Source: Calditrichaceae bacterium
GTDB taxonomy: Bacteria > Calditrichota > Calditrichia > Calditrichales > JBFXGD01
Direction: 5' to 3'
Length of the DNA: 64,000 nucleotides
Assembly (NCBI GenBank): GCA_050178385.1
Contig: JBFXGD010000001.1
Location: forward strand, 1 to 64,000
The notes under the pieces are model-generated. The model was not told where the DNA came from. It did not search any database and saw nothing but the letters and a program-made list of their open reading frames with translations. Position numbers and translations under genes: made by a program. Positions 30,754 through 41,187 of the stretch are shown piece by piece; positions within the stretch are counted from its first letter, which is position 1, and each line of letters opens with the position of its first letter.

Positions 30754-31970
30754 AAAACGATCAAATAAAAAAACAGCCAGGAATTCGGAAACACCATACA
30801 CCAATGAAAATATTGTTTTTAACATCACGTCTGCCATTTCCTCCAATCGGGGGCGATAAATTGCGGACTTTTAATTTCCTAAGGTATCTAAAGCAAAAAT
30901 ATGAAGTAACTCTTATTTCCTTTATAGAAAATGAGACGGAATTGCAAAATATTTCTGAATATCGTAAATACTACGATAAGCTGATCAGTGTCACATTACC
31001 AAAAGTAAATTCGTATAAAAATTCATTTATCGGGTTATTTTCATCAAAACCTCTGCAGGTGCATTATTACAATTCGGATAAAATGCGGAAAGTAATGGAA
31101 AATGAGCTTAAAAATGGCTATGATGCCGTTTTTTGTCATCTGATCCGTATGGCTCAGTATCTCCCGGAAAGCAAAAACATCAGGAAAGTGGTGGATTTTA
31201 CAGATGCCATTTCATTGAATTATGAGCGGAGTAAACAATTCCGGAAAGGATTGTTCTCCATTATTAATTATGTGGAAGCAAAGCGCGTTTACCATTACGA
31301 ACAATCAGTGATAAAAAAATCGTACAGATCAATATTTATATCAGACATAGATGCGGATTTCCTCAGAAATGATCAAAATACAGACAAGATAAATATTGTA
31401 GCAAACGGGGTTGATCTGGATATGTTTCAGTTCTACGCAGGCGCTTACAAGCCTAATCAGATTTGTTTTGTCGGTAATATGAGAACATTTCCCAATACGG
31501 ACGCGGTAAACTATTTTGTAAAAGAAGTGTTTCCAATACTAAAAAGGGTAAATAAAGAGCTGAAATTTTATATCGTCGGCAATGAGCCTCCGGCTGAAAT
31601 AAGGAATTTGCATAATGCTAAAGATATTATTGTCACAGGATTTGTGGAATCAGTAATTCCCCATATCACCAATTCCGCGGTTTTAGTCGCGCCGATGAGA
31701 GTAGGCGCGGGAATACAGAACAAGATATTGGAAGCAATGGCCCTGGGCACGCCGGTGGTGACAACCACAATCGGGGCGGAAGGGCTGAATAATGATATGG
31801 CGCTTATCGGGGACACTCCCGAAGAGCTGTCGGATAAGATATTATCCATCTTAAATGACAGAGAGTTACGGAGGGATAAAGCCCGGGCAGCAAGGGAATA
31901 TATTGAGAAAAATTTCAGATGGGAAAAAGTATTTAAAGATCTTGAAGAAAATTTTGTTTATTCTGATTGA
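30750..31970 (+). CDS. Glycosyltransferase family 4 (GT-B)
   Basis: KILFLTSRLPFPPIGGDKLR, GAGIQNKILEAMALG; alternative start at 30804. Confidence 0.88.
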   Translation: MKNDQIKKQPGIRKHHTPMKILFLTSRLPFPPIGGDKLRTFNFLRYLKQKYEVTLISFIENETELQNISEYRKYYDKLISVTLPKVNSYKNSFIGLFSSKPLQVHYYNSDKMRKVMENELKNGYDAVFCHLIRMAQYLPESKNIRKVVDFTDAISLNYERSKQFRKGLFSIINYVEAKRVYHYEQSVIKKSYRSIFISDIDADFLRNDQNTDKINIVANGVDLDMFQFYAGAYKPNQICFVGNMRTFPNTDAVNYFVKEVFPILKRVNKELKFYIVGNEPPAEIRNLHNAKDIIVTGFVESVIPHITNSAVLVAPMRVGAGIQNKILEAMALGTPVVTTTIGAEGLNNDMALIGDTPEELSDKILSILNDRELRRDKARAAREYIEKNFRWEKVFKDLEENFVYSD

Positions 31971-32016
31971 AACCGAAATTAAAAATAGTAAACATTAATG
32001 GAATAATTGCTGGAGA

Positions 32017-33711
32017 ATGGATTTGAAAAAACTATTTATTGTGCTGGTTCTGCTGATAAATCTCTCGGTTTATGCCGGTAATCCGGTAAGCGTGCCCATT
32101 AATCATCCAATTTATGATTTTTTTGATCGTATGGAAACGATGGGGTATCTAAATCGCCTTTTGGACGGAATTCGGCCATACAGCCGTGGCCGGGCGGCGG
32201 ATATACTGCTGCAGCTTAATGAGAAACGCGACGAATTAACTTCAATCGATAGACGAAGACTGGATGATTATTTACTGGATTTCAGATTTGAAATAGATCG
32301 TTCTCAAAAATATTCGGAAGCGCCTGATGGCAAAAACTGGTATTCGGTGTTTTCCGGATGGGGAACTTTCAAGAAAGACTTTAACCGGTTCTTTAAACAG
32401 AATCACCCCGAGGAAGAAAATCACGTATTTCTGTGGGAATCGGGAGGAAGTAACTTCTATTTTGATTATCAGCAAAATTTTACATATGAACAGAGATCGG
32501 ATGATGTGACGAGGGATGCCAATTGGCAGACCTACCAGGTGCGGGGGTTGATTGATGATAATTTCGGGTATGCCGTGGAGGTTAGTCTTTATGCCTTGCG
32601 CGGTGACGAGTCCTATGTCGGGGAACATCCAATACTCAAAGGCGCGTGGAGCAAGCTTCATGAAAATGAAACCAGATATGCGGACAGAACCGGCGGGGAA
32701 CTGGCCTGGCATAACAGGTATTTTGATTTTACCTTTGCTCAGCAGGAAATTGAATGGGGGCCGGGTGAATCAGGTAAATTAACACTTTCCAATAACCCGG
32801 AGCACTATCCCTACGTGAGTATTTCGAAGGATTGGGGATGGGGGAAGTTTATCGCTTTGCACGGGAAATTACAATCGTTTCCCGAGGACACAAGTACTAG
32901 CGGGGAACCGCTGTATCCGGATAAGTGGCTGGCCGCTCATCGTCTTGAGTTTGCTCCCTGGAAAAGTTTGACTATTGGTATCAATGAAAATTTTATTTAC
33001 GGCTACCGATACGCGGACTGGTCCTATCTGGTGCCTTTTAACTTTTACAGAGCAACACAGCATAATTTGCGCGACCGCGATAATGCCACAATTTCCATTG
33101 ATTTCGAATGGGTTGCGCGCTCGGGAAGCAAACTCTACGGTACGTTATTTCTGGATGAGTTCAAACGAAGTAAATTATTCACGGACTGGTATGGAAATAA
33201 GCACGCCTTTTTAATCGGTTTGCATCAGACTGATCCGTTCGGGATCGAAAACTTATCTGTGCGGTTGGAATACACGGCCATTATGCCATGGGTATATACG
33301 CATAAGTATCCCATTAACAGTTACACAACTGATTATCAATCTCTTGGTCACTGGGCCGGTCCTAATTCTGAAGTGTATTATGCCCATGTGTCCAAAGACT
33401 GGCACCAGCGTTTAACAACCGGATTTATATTTCAGCAGTATAAACATGGCGATAATTATGAGAATGAAAATATCGGCGGTGATATTCTGCTGGGGCACAA
33501 TGATTTGTTGGGTGAACAGGAAAGCGCGAGGGAAACCCGGGATTTTCTTGAAGGTAATTTGACCACAGAACAAAAGTATGAAGCATATCTAAAATATGAA
33601 GTTTTTAATGATCTGTTTTTAACATTCGTCTATGATCATTTTGATATAGAAAGCGGCGGAACCAAAACCAAATTAGATGAATTTCATTTTGGGTTTGAAT
33701 TACGATATTAG
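32017..33711 (+). CDS. Capsule assembly Wzi-family outer-membrane beta-barrel
   Basis: Signal peptide, helical N-domain (IRPYSR), WGPG..GKLTLS, HRLE, LGHWAGPNS, C-terminal aromatic residue (FELRY). Confidence 0.72.
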   Translation: MDLKKLFIVLVLLINLSVYAGNPVSVPINHPIYDFFDRMETMGYLNRLLDGIRPYSRGRAADILLQLNEKRDELTSIDRRRLDDYLLDFRFEIDRSQKYSEAPDGKNWYSVFSGWGTFKKDFNRFFKQNHPEEENHVFLWESGGSNFYFDYQQNFTYEQRSDDVTRDANWQTYQVRGLIDDNFGYAVEVSLYALRGDESYVGEHPILKGAWSKLHENETRYADRTGGELAWHNRYFDFTFAQQEIEWGPGESGKLTLSNNPEHYPYVSISKDWGWGKFIALHGKLQSFPEDTSTSGEPLYPDKWLAAHRLEFAPWKSLTIGINENFIYGYRYADWSYLVPFNFYRATQHNLRDRDNATISIDFEWVARSGSKLYGTLFLDEFKRSKLFTDWYGNKHAFLIGLHQTDPFGIENLSVRLEYTAIMPWVYTHKYPINSYTTDYQSLGHWAGPNSEVYYAHVSKDWHQRLTTGFIFQQYKHGDNYENENIGGDILLGHNDLLGEQESARETRDFLEGNLTTEQKYEAYLKYEVFNDLFLTFVYDHFDIESGGTKTKLDEFHFGFELRY

Positions 33712-33779
33712 GCAATAATGTTTCATCGATTATCAAAAAAGCGTAATTTCATGTGTACCGGGATAATATGTAAGAATAT

Positions 33780-36212
33780 ATGACATTTATAATGGTTTTC
33801 ATTTTCGGATTGGCAATGGCGTTGCTGGCGACTTATTTAACGCAAAAAATTGCCACAAAGCATTCCATCGGAACTTATCCGGACGGGAGGATGGTGCATC
33901 TGGGATTTATCCCGCATATGGGAGGTATAGGCTTCATTTCCGGATTTGCGGGGGGAATACTTCTGCTGTTTGGATTAAATGAACAATTGTTTTTTGAAAT
34001 TATTTCCGGATATGGGGCCATACTTACCGGCTCACTTCTCATAGTTATTCTGGGTGTTTATGATGATCTAAAGGGATTAAATGCTGTTAAAAAATTTTCA
34101 GGACAGTTTATAGCCGCTTCAATTGTTATTTTTATGGGCTGTAAAATTGATATTCTTGTTTTTCCCATGGGACACTCAATATCCCTGGGGATTATGTCGG
34201 TTCCATTTACTTACCTCTGGTTCATAGGTGTCAGCAATGCGGTCAATCTGCTCGATGGACTGGATGGATTGGCAGCCGGCGCGGGAATCATCGCGTCTTC
34301 AGCCATCGCGTTAATCGCCTGGCAATCAGCGGATTATGTAACATTCGCGGTGATTATTTCATTGATTGCCGGTCTGCTGGGGTTTTTAAAATTCAATCAT
34401 CATCCGGCTTCCATTTTTATGGGTGATACGGGTTCATTATTCTTAGGATTTATTCTCGCCGCAATTTCAATAAGAGGATTTGAGAGTCAGCCGGGAAATA
34501 TTTCGCTGTTGATTCCATCCATCGCGCTGGCAGTACCGATAAGTGATACAAGTCTGGCCTTTTTCAGGCGGCTAAATGGAGGACATCATCCTTTTAAAGC
34601 TGACAAAGATCACCTCCATCACCGACTAATATTTTTAGGTTTGACCCACAGTCAGGCTGTTTATATCATCTACGGCATTTCGGCCTTATCCGCTTTAACG
34701 GCATTTACAGTGGCGACCCAGTCTACCGTTGCGGGTGGTGTAATGTTTATATTAACCTTAACACTGTCAGTCCTGGGTCTTAAACGTCTGGGTTATCTTG
34801 AAGCGCAAAAAAGTAAGACCTATTACGGGGATGAAAAAATTATCCGGGCCAGACACCAGATCGCTCCGCTGTCAATGCGCCGGATACAGCATCGTTTAAT
34901 GATTGGAATATCCGATGTTATTATGATAAACACAGCGCTGGTTGTTACCTGGTGGGTCAGATTTCAATCCGGTATGATTAAAGTCAGCAGACCTGTTCCG
35001 TTGGATGAATTTATCTTTACGCCCGTTACACTGATCATTACTCTGCTCTGGATAACTTTATTTCTTGTCAATAATCTCTATAACATGTACTGGGATGTTT
35101 CCCGGTTTGATAAAGTACAACGCGTTAACAAGACTGTTTTGTTTGGGATTGTCATTCTGTATTTAGTGACCCTGGACCCCAGTAACATGTTTACTGAAGG
35201 ACGGATCGCGATTCTGATTTACGGTTTTTGCGTAATTTTCTTCGTAAATTTCGGCAGGCTGAATATAATTGGTTTTGAAAAAAGATATAAACTGCTCGAA
35301 TACGCGCCGCATAACACGCTGCTGATCGGCTCATCCGAGAAGGGAAAGAAGATATTAAAGGACATTAGAAAAAATCCGCATTTACTCTATAACATTGTCG
35401 GATATATTTCTAAAAATCCATCAGAGAAAAAATTTTATGAACTGGATTCACTGGGAGTCTATAAAGACATTCCTGATATCATAAGAAAATTTGAAATAGA
35501 AGAAGTGGTTATCGCAATTAATGAGCGCTCCAGGGATGAGGTTTTGAATATCGTTTCTTTTGCTGAAAATATGAATGTAGTATTCAAAATTGTCCCGGAG
35601 ATATACGACGTGGTATCCGGTCTTAAGACGGAAGAAGTCATAGGCCATCCGCTGATCCGTTTATTCCCGGAACATATGTTTTTATGGCAATGGATATTAA
35701 AAAGAATTTATGATGTGATACTGGCTGCTGCGGTAGCGCTGATATTTAGCCCTGTCGCCTTGCTCATAATTTTCCTTCTGTTTCTATCCGGAAATTATCC
35801 GCCTCTGATCATTCAAAATATGGTTGGCAGAAATGGCCGTCTTTTCGGGAAGCTCAATTTTAACGTCGGAGAAAAGAACACCTATGTCCAAAAGCTGCTT
35901 TTCAATACACGATTGTACAAAGTTCCCGAAATTATGAATGTTTTGCTTGGTCAGATGAGTTTTGTCGGGCCGCGTCCTGAGATGCCGGAAGAGGTTGACC
36001 ATTTAAGAGGAAAAATTAAGTTTTATAATCGCCGTTTTCAGATCCGGCCGGGAATTACCGGATGGGCACAGGTGAAATTCCGGTATGATGAATCATTGCA
36101 TCATAAAAGAGAGCAATTCAAACAAGATCTGTTTTATCTGGAAAATATGTCACTGACATTTGATTTTAGAATATTATTGCGCTCGACAGTCATATTCTTA
36201 ACGAACCGATGA
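33780..36212 (+). CDS. Fusion of a WecA/TagO (MraY-family) polyprenyl-P GlcNAc-1-P transferase with a WcaJ/WbaP-type module (TM, CoA_binding_3-like, degenerate monotopic PGT)
   Basis: N-half: GVYDD, NAVNLLDGLDG, FMGDTGS, DKDHLHH. C-half: TLLIG, KRIYDV, GQMSFVGPRPE, RPGITGWAQV, but LDELPQ is replaced by LYKVPE. Confidence 0.85.
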   Translation: MTFIMVFIFGLAMALLATYLTQKIATKHSIGTYPDGRMVHLGFIPHMGGIGFISGFAGGILLLFGLNEQLFFEIISGYGAILTGSLLIVILGVYDDLKGLNAVKKFSGQFIAASIVIFMGCKIDILVFPMGHSISLGIMSVPFTYLWFIGVSNAVNLLDGLDGLAAGAGIIASSAIALIAWQSADYVTFAVIISLIAGLLGFLKFNHHPASIFMGDTGSLFLGFILAAISIRGFESQPGNISLLIPSIALAVPISDTSLAFFRRLNGGHHPFKADKDHLHHRLIFLGLTHSQAVYIIYGISALSALTAFTVATQSTVAGGVMFILTLTLSVLGLKRLGYLEAQKSKTYYGDEKIIRARHQIAPLSMRRIQHRLMIGISDVIMINTALVVTWWVRFQSGMIKVSRPVPLDEFIFTPVTLIITLLWITLFLVNNLYNMYWDVSRFDKVQRVNKTVLFGIVILYLVTLDPSNMFTEGRIAILIYGFCVIFFVNFGRLNIIGFEKRYKLLEYAPHNTLLIGSSEKGKKILKDIRKNPHLLYNIVGYISKNPSEKKFYELDSLGVYKDIPDIIRKFEIEEVVIAINERSRDEVLNIVSFAENMNVVFKIVPEIYDVVSGLKTEEVIGHPLIRLFPEHMFLWQWILKRIYDVILAAAVALIFSPVALLIIFLLFLSGNYPPLIIQNMVGRNGRLFGKLNFNVGEKNTYVQKLLFNTRLYKVPEIMNVLLGQMSFVGPRPEMPEEVDHLRGKIKFYNRRFQIRPGITGWAQVKFRYDESLHHKREQFKQDLFYLENMSLTFDFRILLRSTVIFLTNR

Positions 36213-36218
36213 GATATC

Positions 36219-38306
36219 ATGTCAAGTCAGAAAACAGTAATCAGTATAATTATCGTTAACTACAATGTGCGGGATTTTCTTGAGCAGGCGTTGATTTCAG
36301 TAAAACGGGCGCTTGAGAACATTACATCAGAGATTATTGTTGTCGATAATGCATCCATCGACGGATCTGTACAGATGCTCCAGAATCGATTCCCTGATGT
36401 AAAAATTATCGAAAACGATAAAAATTTGGGCTTTTCCGCCGCTAACAATCTCGCGTTGAAAGATGCCCATGGGGAATACATTGTATTATTGAATCCGGAT
36501 ACGTTGGTTCAGGAAGACACCTTTAAAAAGCTGATTCAATTTTTTGAACAAAATCCTGATGCTTCGGCCGCCACTTGTAAAATTTTGAATCCTGACGGGA
36601 CTTTCTCTATAGACTGCCGCCATAGTATTCCCACACCAATGACGGCATTCTGGAAACTGATAGGATTTAATCGTCTTTTTCCAAAAAGTAAAATATTCGG
36701 CCGTTATAACCTGACCTGGCTTGATGAAAATCAAATCTACCAGGTTGAGGCAATATCAGGTTCATTCATGATGATAAAGAGCGGGGTTGTTCAGAAAGTC
36801 GGGTTGCTGGATGACCGGTTTTTTATGTATTGCGAAGACATTGATTACTGTCACCGGATAAATCAGTCCGGCGGAAAAATCTATTATGTTCCGACATCTC
36901 AGCTAATCCACTATAAAGGAGAAAGTACAAAGAAAAACAATCTGGATTATGTCGTCACGTTTAACAAATCGCTCTATTTGTTTTACAAAAAACACTATCA
37001 GCAAAAATATATCTATCCCTTTAAATGGTTAATTCTTCTTGGAGTCATCTTGAGGGGGATGATGATCTTTATCAGAAATTTTGCCGCCGCTTTTTATCCA
37101 TTTATGCTGGATTTGCTGATAATGAACGGAACGTTGTTTTTAAGTTTCTATCTCCGTTATGAAATTAGAGGAGATTTTACTCTCCATGATTTTTTCAGTG
37201 ACTATATTATTATTAACTTAATAACATCGGCCGCCTACTTCATCTCATCCCTGTTTTTCGACAGTATGGACAGAGACAGATATTCTTTGATTAAAGTGTT
37301 TAAGGCCAACCTGCTCACCTATACGTTTGTCTCAGCATTGACATTTTTTTTCAAACAGTTTGCCTTCTCGAGGCTTGTAGTGCTTTTTACGGCATTTATC
37401 AGCACATCGTTGATGCTTATCTGGAGGATCGGTCTTAGATATTACGGCAGAAAGTATTCGGAAGTTCTCAGAAAAGATTTGTTCGCAAAACGGGCGCTGA
37501 TAGTAGGATTGGATGATGATACGCAAAACCTGCTTATAAAATTAAATAAACGCGTCGATTCTTCAATTGAAATTGTCGGATTGATTTCTCCTGACCGGAA
37601 AGATATCGGCAAAAAAATCGCGGGGTTTCCAATCGTCAGCTCCATACAACAACTACCTGAATTTTTAAGACTTAACAAGATTAACCTGGTCATTTTCTCC
37701 ACACATAATATTTCATATAAATCCATTTTAACCGCCATGGCAAATGTTGAAAACTCTCATATCGAGTTTAAAATGGTACCCGGACATCTGGAATTTATGG
37801 TAGGTAAATCAAATATTGAGCGGCTTGACAATATGCCGCTGGTGGATATAGAATACGCGTATGGTAAACTTTTCAACCGCTTTGTAAAAAGATCTGCCGA
37901 TATTTTTACATCGTTTATAATCCTGATCTTTCTTCTGCCTGTCGCTTTGCTTTTCCTGCCGTTTAAAATTGGAAAAATAGGCAGAAAACAGGTCCATCAA
38001 GGTAAGAATAATATCAAAACCATTTTGTGGGACCCCCATAAAGGATTTTTCCGCTTTATTTTAAATCTGATAAATATATTATCCGGAAAAATATCACTGG
38101 TGGGCGCGCCGATGGAGAAGGATGGGAAACGGGAGCAGCAGTTTGATTATAAACCCGGGCTGACGGGGATCATTCAAATCAATAAAAACAAGATTACGGA
38201 TGATCAGATATTTGAGAATTTTGAACTGCATTATCTCAAAAATCAGAATTTTTTGCTCGATGTCGAAATTATATACAGGGCGCTATTTTTAAGAAAAGAA
38301 AGATGA
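36219..38306 (+). CDS. GT2 glycosyltransferase fused to TM, CoA_binding_3-like and degenerate monotopic PGT domains
   Basis: SIIIVNYN, VDNAS, LNPDT, FMYCED; then 4-5 TMs, RALIVG, KRSADI, ISLVGAP, KPGLTG. No DE dyad is visible. Confidence 0.82.
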   Translation: MSSQKTVISIIIVNYNVRDFLEQALISVKRALENITSEIIVVDNASIDGSVQMLQNRFPDVKIIENDKNLGFSAANNLALKDAHGEYIVLLNPDTLVQEDTFKKLIQFFEQNPDASAATCKILNPDGTFSIDCRHSIPTPMTAFWKLIGFNRLFPKSKIFGRYNLTWLDENQIYQVEAISGSFMMIKSGVVQKVGLLDDRFFMYCEDIDYCHRINQSGGKIYYVPTSQLIHYKGESTKKNNLDYVVTFNKSLYLFYKKHYQQKYIYPFKWLILLGVILRGMMIFIRNFAAAFYPFMLDLLIMNGTLFLSFYLRYEIRGDFTLHDFFSDYIIINLITSAAYFISSLFFDSMDRDRYSLIKVFKANLLTYTFVSALTFFFKQFAFSRLVVLFTAFISTSLMLIWRIGLRYYGRKYSEVLRKDLFAKRALIVGLDDDTQNLLIKLNKRVDSSIEIVGLISPDRKDIGKKIAGFPIVSSIQQLPEFLRLNKINLVIFSTHNISYKSILTAMANVENSHIEFKMVPGHLEFMVGKSNIERLDNMPLVDIEYAYGKLFNRFVKRSADIFTSFIILIFLLPVALLFLPFKIGKIGRKQVHQGKNNIKTILWDPHKGFFRFILNLINILSGKISLVGAPMEKDGKREQQFDYKPGLTGIIQINKNKITDDQIFENFELHYLKNQNFLLDVEIIYRALFLRKER

Positions 38307-38405
38307 TTAATTGTACATTCGGTACAAAATCCGCGTTCAGCTCTGCCACAATATAAATAACATCAACAGGTATGAAACCGGGCTAAACATGGAACCGATT
38401 ATACC

Positions 38406-38434
38406 TTGCTCTAAAATACAGAATTCGTTAAATT
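38406..38434 (+). promoter_or_regulatory. Putative sigma70-type promoter for serS
   Basis: TTGCTC-N17-TAAATT. Confidence 0.4.
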
Positions 38435-38508
38435 AAAAAATGGCTTAAATTTAATTTAAAGTTTTAAACCGGAACATTGAATACTTTGAAAAAACAGGAT
38501 CTGAAATA

Positions 38509-39789
38509 ATGCTGGATATTAAACTTATTAGGGATGACGCGGAAAAAGTAAAGGCAGGAATACGCGCCAAGGGAGAAATGGGAGATGTCGAACAGCTTCT
38601 TGAAATGGATAAAAGAAGGCGTTCAATTATTTTCCAGGTTGAAGAATTAAAGAAGCAGCGGAATGAAAATTCAAAAGTTGTTTCTCAATATAAACGTGAA
38701 GGCAAAGATGCCGGAGACTTGATCGAGTCCACAAAAAAGATTTCTGAGAATATCAAAAATTTTGATGAAGAACTCGCCGAACTGGAGAATAAAATCTTCC
38801 ATGAGCAGAGCCGAATACCAAATCTGCCTCATGAATCGACTCCTTTTGGCAAAGATGCCTCTGATAATGTCGAAGTTAGAAAATGGGGCAAGATTCAGGA
38901 TTTTGATTTCAAAATTCTAAATCACCTGGAGCTTGCTGAACATCTTGACATCATGGATTTCAAACGCGGCGGCAAGGTAACCGGCAGCGGATTCCCGGTA
39001 TATAAGGGCGCAGGCGCCCGTTTAGAAAGGGCTTTGATTAATTTCATGCTGGATTTACATATTGAAAAGCACGACTATACGGAAATATTTCCTCCGTTTC
39101 TTGCAAACAGAGACAGCATGTTCGGTACGGGGCAGCTGCCCAAGCTTGAAGATGATATGTATTATATGGAAAAAGATGATTTATTCCTGATCCCCACCGC
39201 GGAAGTTCCGGTCACAAATTTACATAGAAATGAAGTTCTTTCCGGTGAAGATCTTCCCGTTAAATATGCGGCATATTCAGCCTGCTTTAGAAGGGAAGCG
39301 GGGTCATACGGCAAGGATACCCGGGGATTTTTAAGAGTACATCAGTTTAATAAGGTTGAAATGGTCAATTTTGTAAAACCGGAAGATTCTTACAATTTCC
39401 ATGAGCAGTTGTTGAATGAAGCAACCGAAATTCTTGAGTTATTGGAAATTCCATACCGTGTGATGCTTCTGTGTACAGGCGATCTTAGTTTCTCCGCGGC
39501 AAAATGTTATGATATTGAAACCTGGTCACCTGCTGAAGATAAATGGCTTGAAGCGTCGAGTGTAAGTAATTTTGAAGATTTCCAGGCGCGTCGCGCACAG
39601 ATACGTTTCAAACGTGATGGGGGGGCTAAACCCGAATATGTTCACACATTAAACGGGTCGGGGCTGGCCACATCAAGACTAATGGTATCCTTACTTGAGA
39701 ATTATCAAACTGATGAGAACACGGTCATTGTACCGGAAGTTTTACGCAAATATATGGGCGGCATGGATATAATTAAACGGAAATATTGA
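38509..39789 (+). CDS. serS: Serine--tRNA ligase
   Basis: MLDIKLIR, LIPTAEVP, FRREAG, RVHQF, HTLNGSGLA. Confidence 0.97.
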   Translation: MLDIKLIRDDAEKVKAGIRAKGEMGDVEQLLEMDKRRRSIIFQVEELKKQRNENSKVVSQYKREGKDAGDLIESTKKISENIKNFDEELAELENKIFHEQSRIPNLPHESTPFGKDASDNVEVRKWGKIQDFDFKILNHLELAEHLDIMDFKRGGKVTGSGFPVYKGAGARLERALINFMLDLHIEKHDYTEIFPPFLANRDSMFGTGQLPKLEDDMYYMEKDDLFLIPTAEVPVTNLHRNEVLSGEDLPVKYAAYSACFRREAGSYGKDTRGFLRVHQFNKVEMVNFVKPEDSYNFHEQLLNEATEILELLEIPYRVMLLCTGDLSFSAAKCYDIETWSPAEDKWLEASSVSNFEDFQARRAQIRFKRDGGAKPEYVHTLNGSGLATSRLMVSLLENYQTDENTVIVPEVLRKYMGGMDIIKRKY

Positions 39790-39791
39790 TT

Positions 39792-40415
39792 ATGACCGAA
39801 AGACAGGCCAGATTAAAAATTGTGGAAATTGGCCGTTTAATGTATCAATTCAGATATATTGTCGCCGGCGATGGAAATATCAGTATCCGGCTTGGTGATC
39901 ATATTCTGATCACACCCAGGGGGGCCTGTAAAGGTCTTTTGTCAGCGGATGAATTATCGTTGATCAGTTTATCCGGGAAAGTTATTCGTGGACGCGCTGA
40001 ACCATCATCCGAAAAAGAGATGCATCTGACAGTATATAATTCAAGACCGGAGATAAAAGCGGTTGTTCACGGTCATCCTCTCTTTGCTACATCCTTCGCT
40101 TCCGCGGGATTGTCGCTAAAAGATTCAGTCTTGCCCGAAATCATCCTGACACTGGGTAAAATTCCGCTGGCGGAATACGGTACTCCGGGAACATCTGAAG
40201 TCGGGAATTCGATTTCTGATTTGATCCGTGAATCTGATGCCATTTTACTTGAGAATCATGGAGTATTGGCTATAGGACGTGACATTGAAACCGCATACTT
40301 CAATCTGGAAAGGGTTGAACACTATGCCCAGATCGCGTTCCAGGCAAAGATGCTGGGCGGTTATACCGTCCTTCCGGATGAAAAAGTCAGGAAGTTGCGG
40401 GAAACTGTGTCCTGA
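39792..40415 (+). CDS. Class II aldolase/adducin family protein (FucA/MtnB-like)
   Basis: DGNIS, PSSE..MH, VVHGHP, LLENHG metal-binding motifs. Confidence 0.88.
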   Translation: MTERQARLKIVEIGRLMYQFRYIVAGDGNISIRLGDHILITPRGACKGLLSADELSLISLSGKVIRGRAEPSSEKEMHLTVYNSRPEIKAVVHGHPLFATSFASAGLSLKDSVLPEIILTLGKIPLAEYGTPGTSEVGNSISDLIRESDAILLENHGVLAIGRDIETAYFNLERVEHYAQIAFQAKMLGGYTVLPDEKVRKLRETVS

Positions 40416-40447
40416 AATCGGAAAATAATAAAGGTAATTTTAATCCG

Positions 40448-41185
40448 ATGAAAATTATTGAATCGTTTATCCGAACCATTCTGACTTATGTAGTACTTTT
40501 TTTTGCCACCGGGATTGCAGCCACGCTGTCAATTATCGGCGGTACTTTGATAGATCCTTATTGTGAATTTAATAATCGCGTCATCAAGATATGGGCGCGC
40601 TCCATTCTCTGGATTTCCGGGACAAAAATAATCATAGAAGGTCTGGAAAATGTAAAACCCGGACAGTCTTATATATTTGTAGCCAATCATCAGAGCAATT
40701 TTGATGTGCTTGCCGCCGCGGCTGCAATTCCGGAGACGGTTCGTTTTATCGCAAAGAAGGAACTATTCAGAATACCGTTATTTTCTCAGGGTATGAAAGC
40801 TGCCGGAGTGATCAAAATTGACCGGGGCAACAGCGCTTCAGCTAAAAAAAGTATCGATGAAGCGGTAGATATCGTAAGACACGGAGTTTCGGTAATTGTA
40901 TTTCCGGAGGGGACCAGGAGTAAAGACGGAAAAATCCATCCATTTAAAAAAGGAGGATTTATTCTGGCTCTCAACGGTGAAATCCCCATCATGCCGATGG
41001 TGATCTCGGGAAGTAAGTATGTTCTAAAAAAACACTGGTTTATTCTTAAACCGGGAAAAATTAAGACGCGATTTTTAAAAGAGATTCCGACTAAAGATTT
41101 AAGTTATGACAGCAGGAATCAGCTGGTTGAACAAGCCAGAAATCAAATTGTGGAAATGTACGAGCCTGAATTTAATAAGGAATAA
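40448..41185 (+). CDS. plsC: 1-acyl-sn-glycerol-3-phosphate acyltransferase
   Basis: NHQSNFD (HX4D), AKKEL, FPEGTRS. Confidence 0.9.
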   Translation: MKIIESFIRTILTYVVLFFATGIAATLSIIGGTLIDPYCEFNNRVIKIWARSILWISGTKIIIEGLENVKPGQSYIFVANHQSNFDVLAAAAAIPETVRFIAKKELFRIPLFSQGMKAAGVIKIDRGNSASAKKSIDEAVDIVRHGVSVIVFPEGTRSKDGKIHPFKKGGFILALNGEIPIMPMVISGSKYVLKKHWFILKPGKIKTRFLKEIPTKDLSYDSRNQLVEQARNQIVEMYEPEFNKE

Positions 41186-41187
41186 TA

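Noticed and set aside
38307..38508. T-box riboswitch in the serS leader
   Set aside because: No T-box consensus (GGTGGNACC) or terminator/antiterminator is visible.
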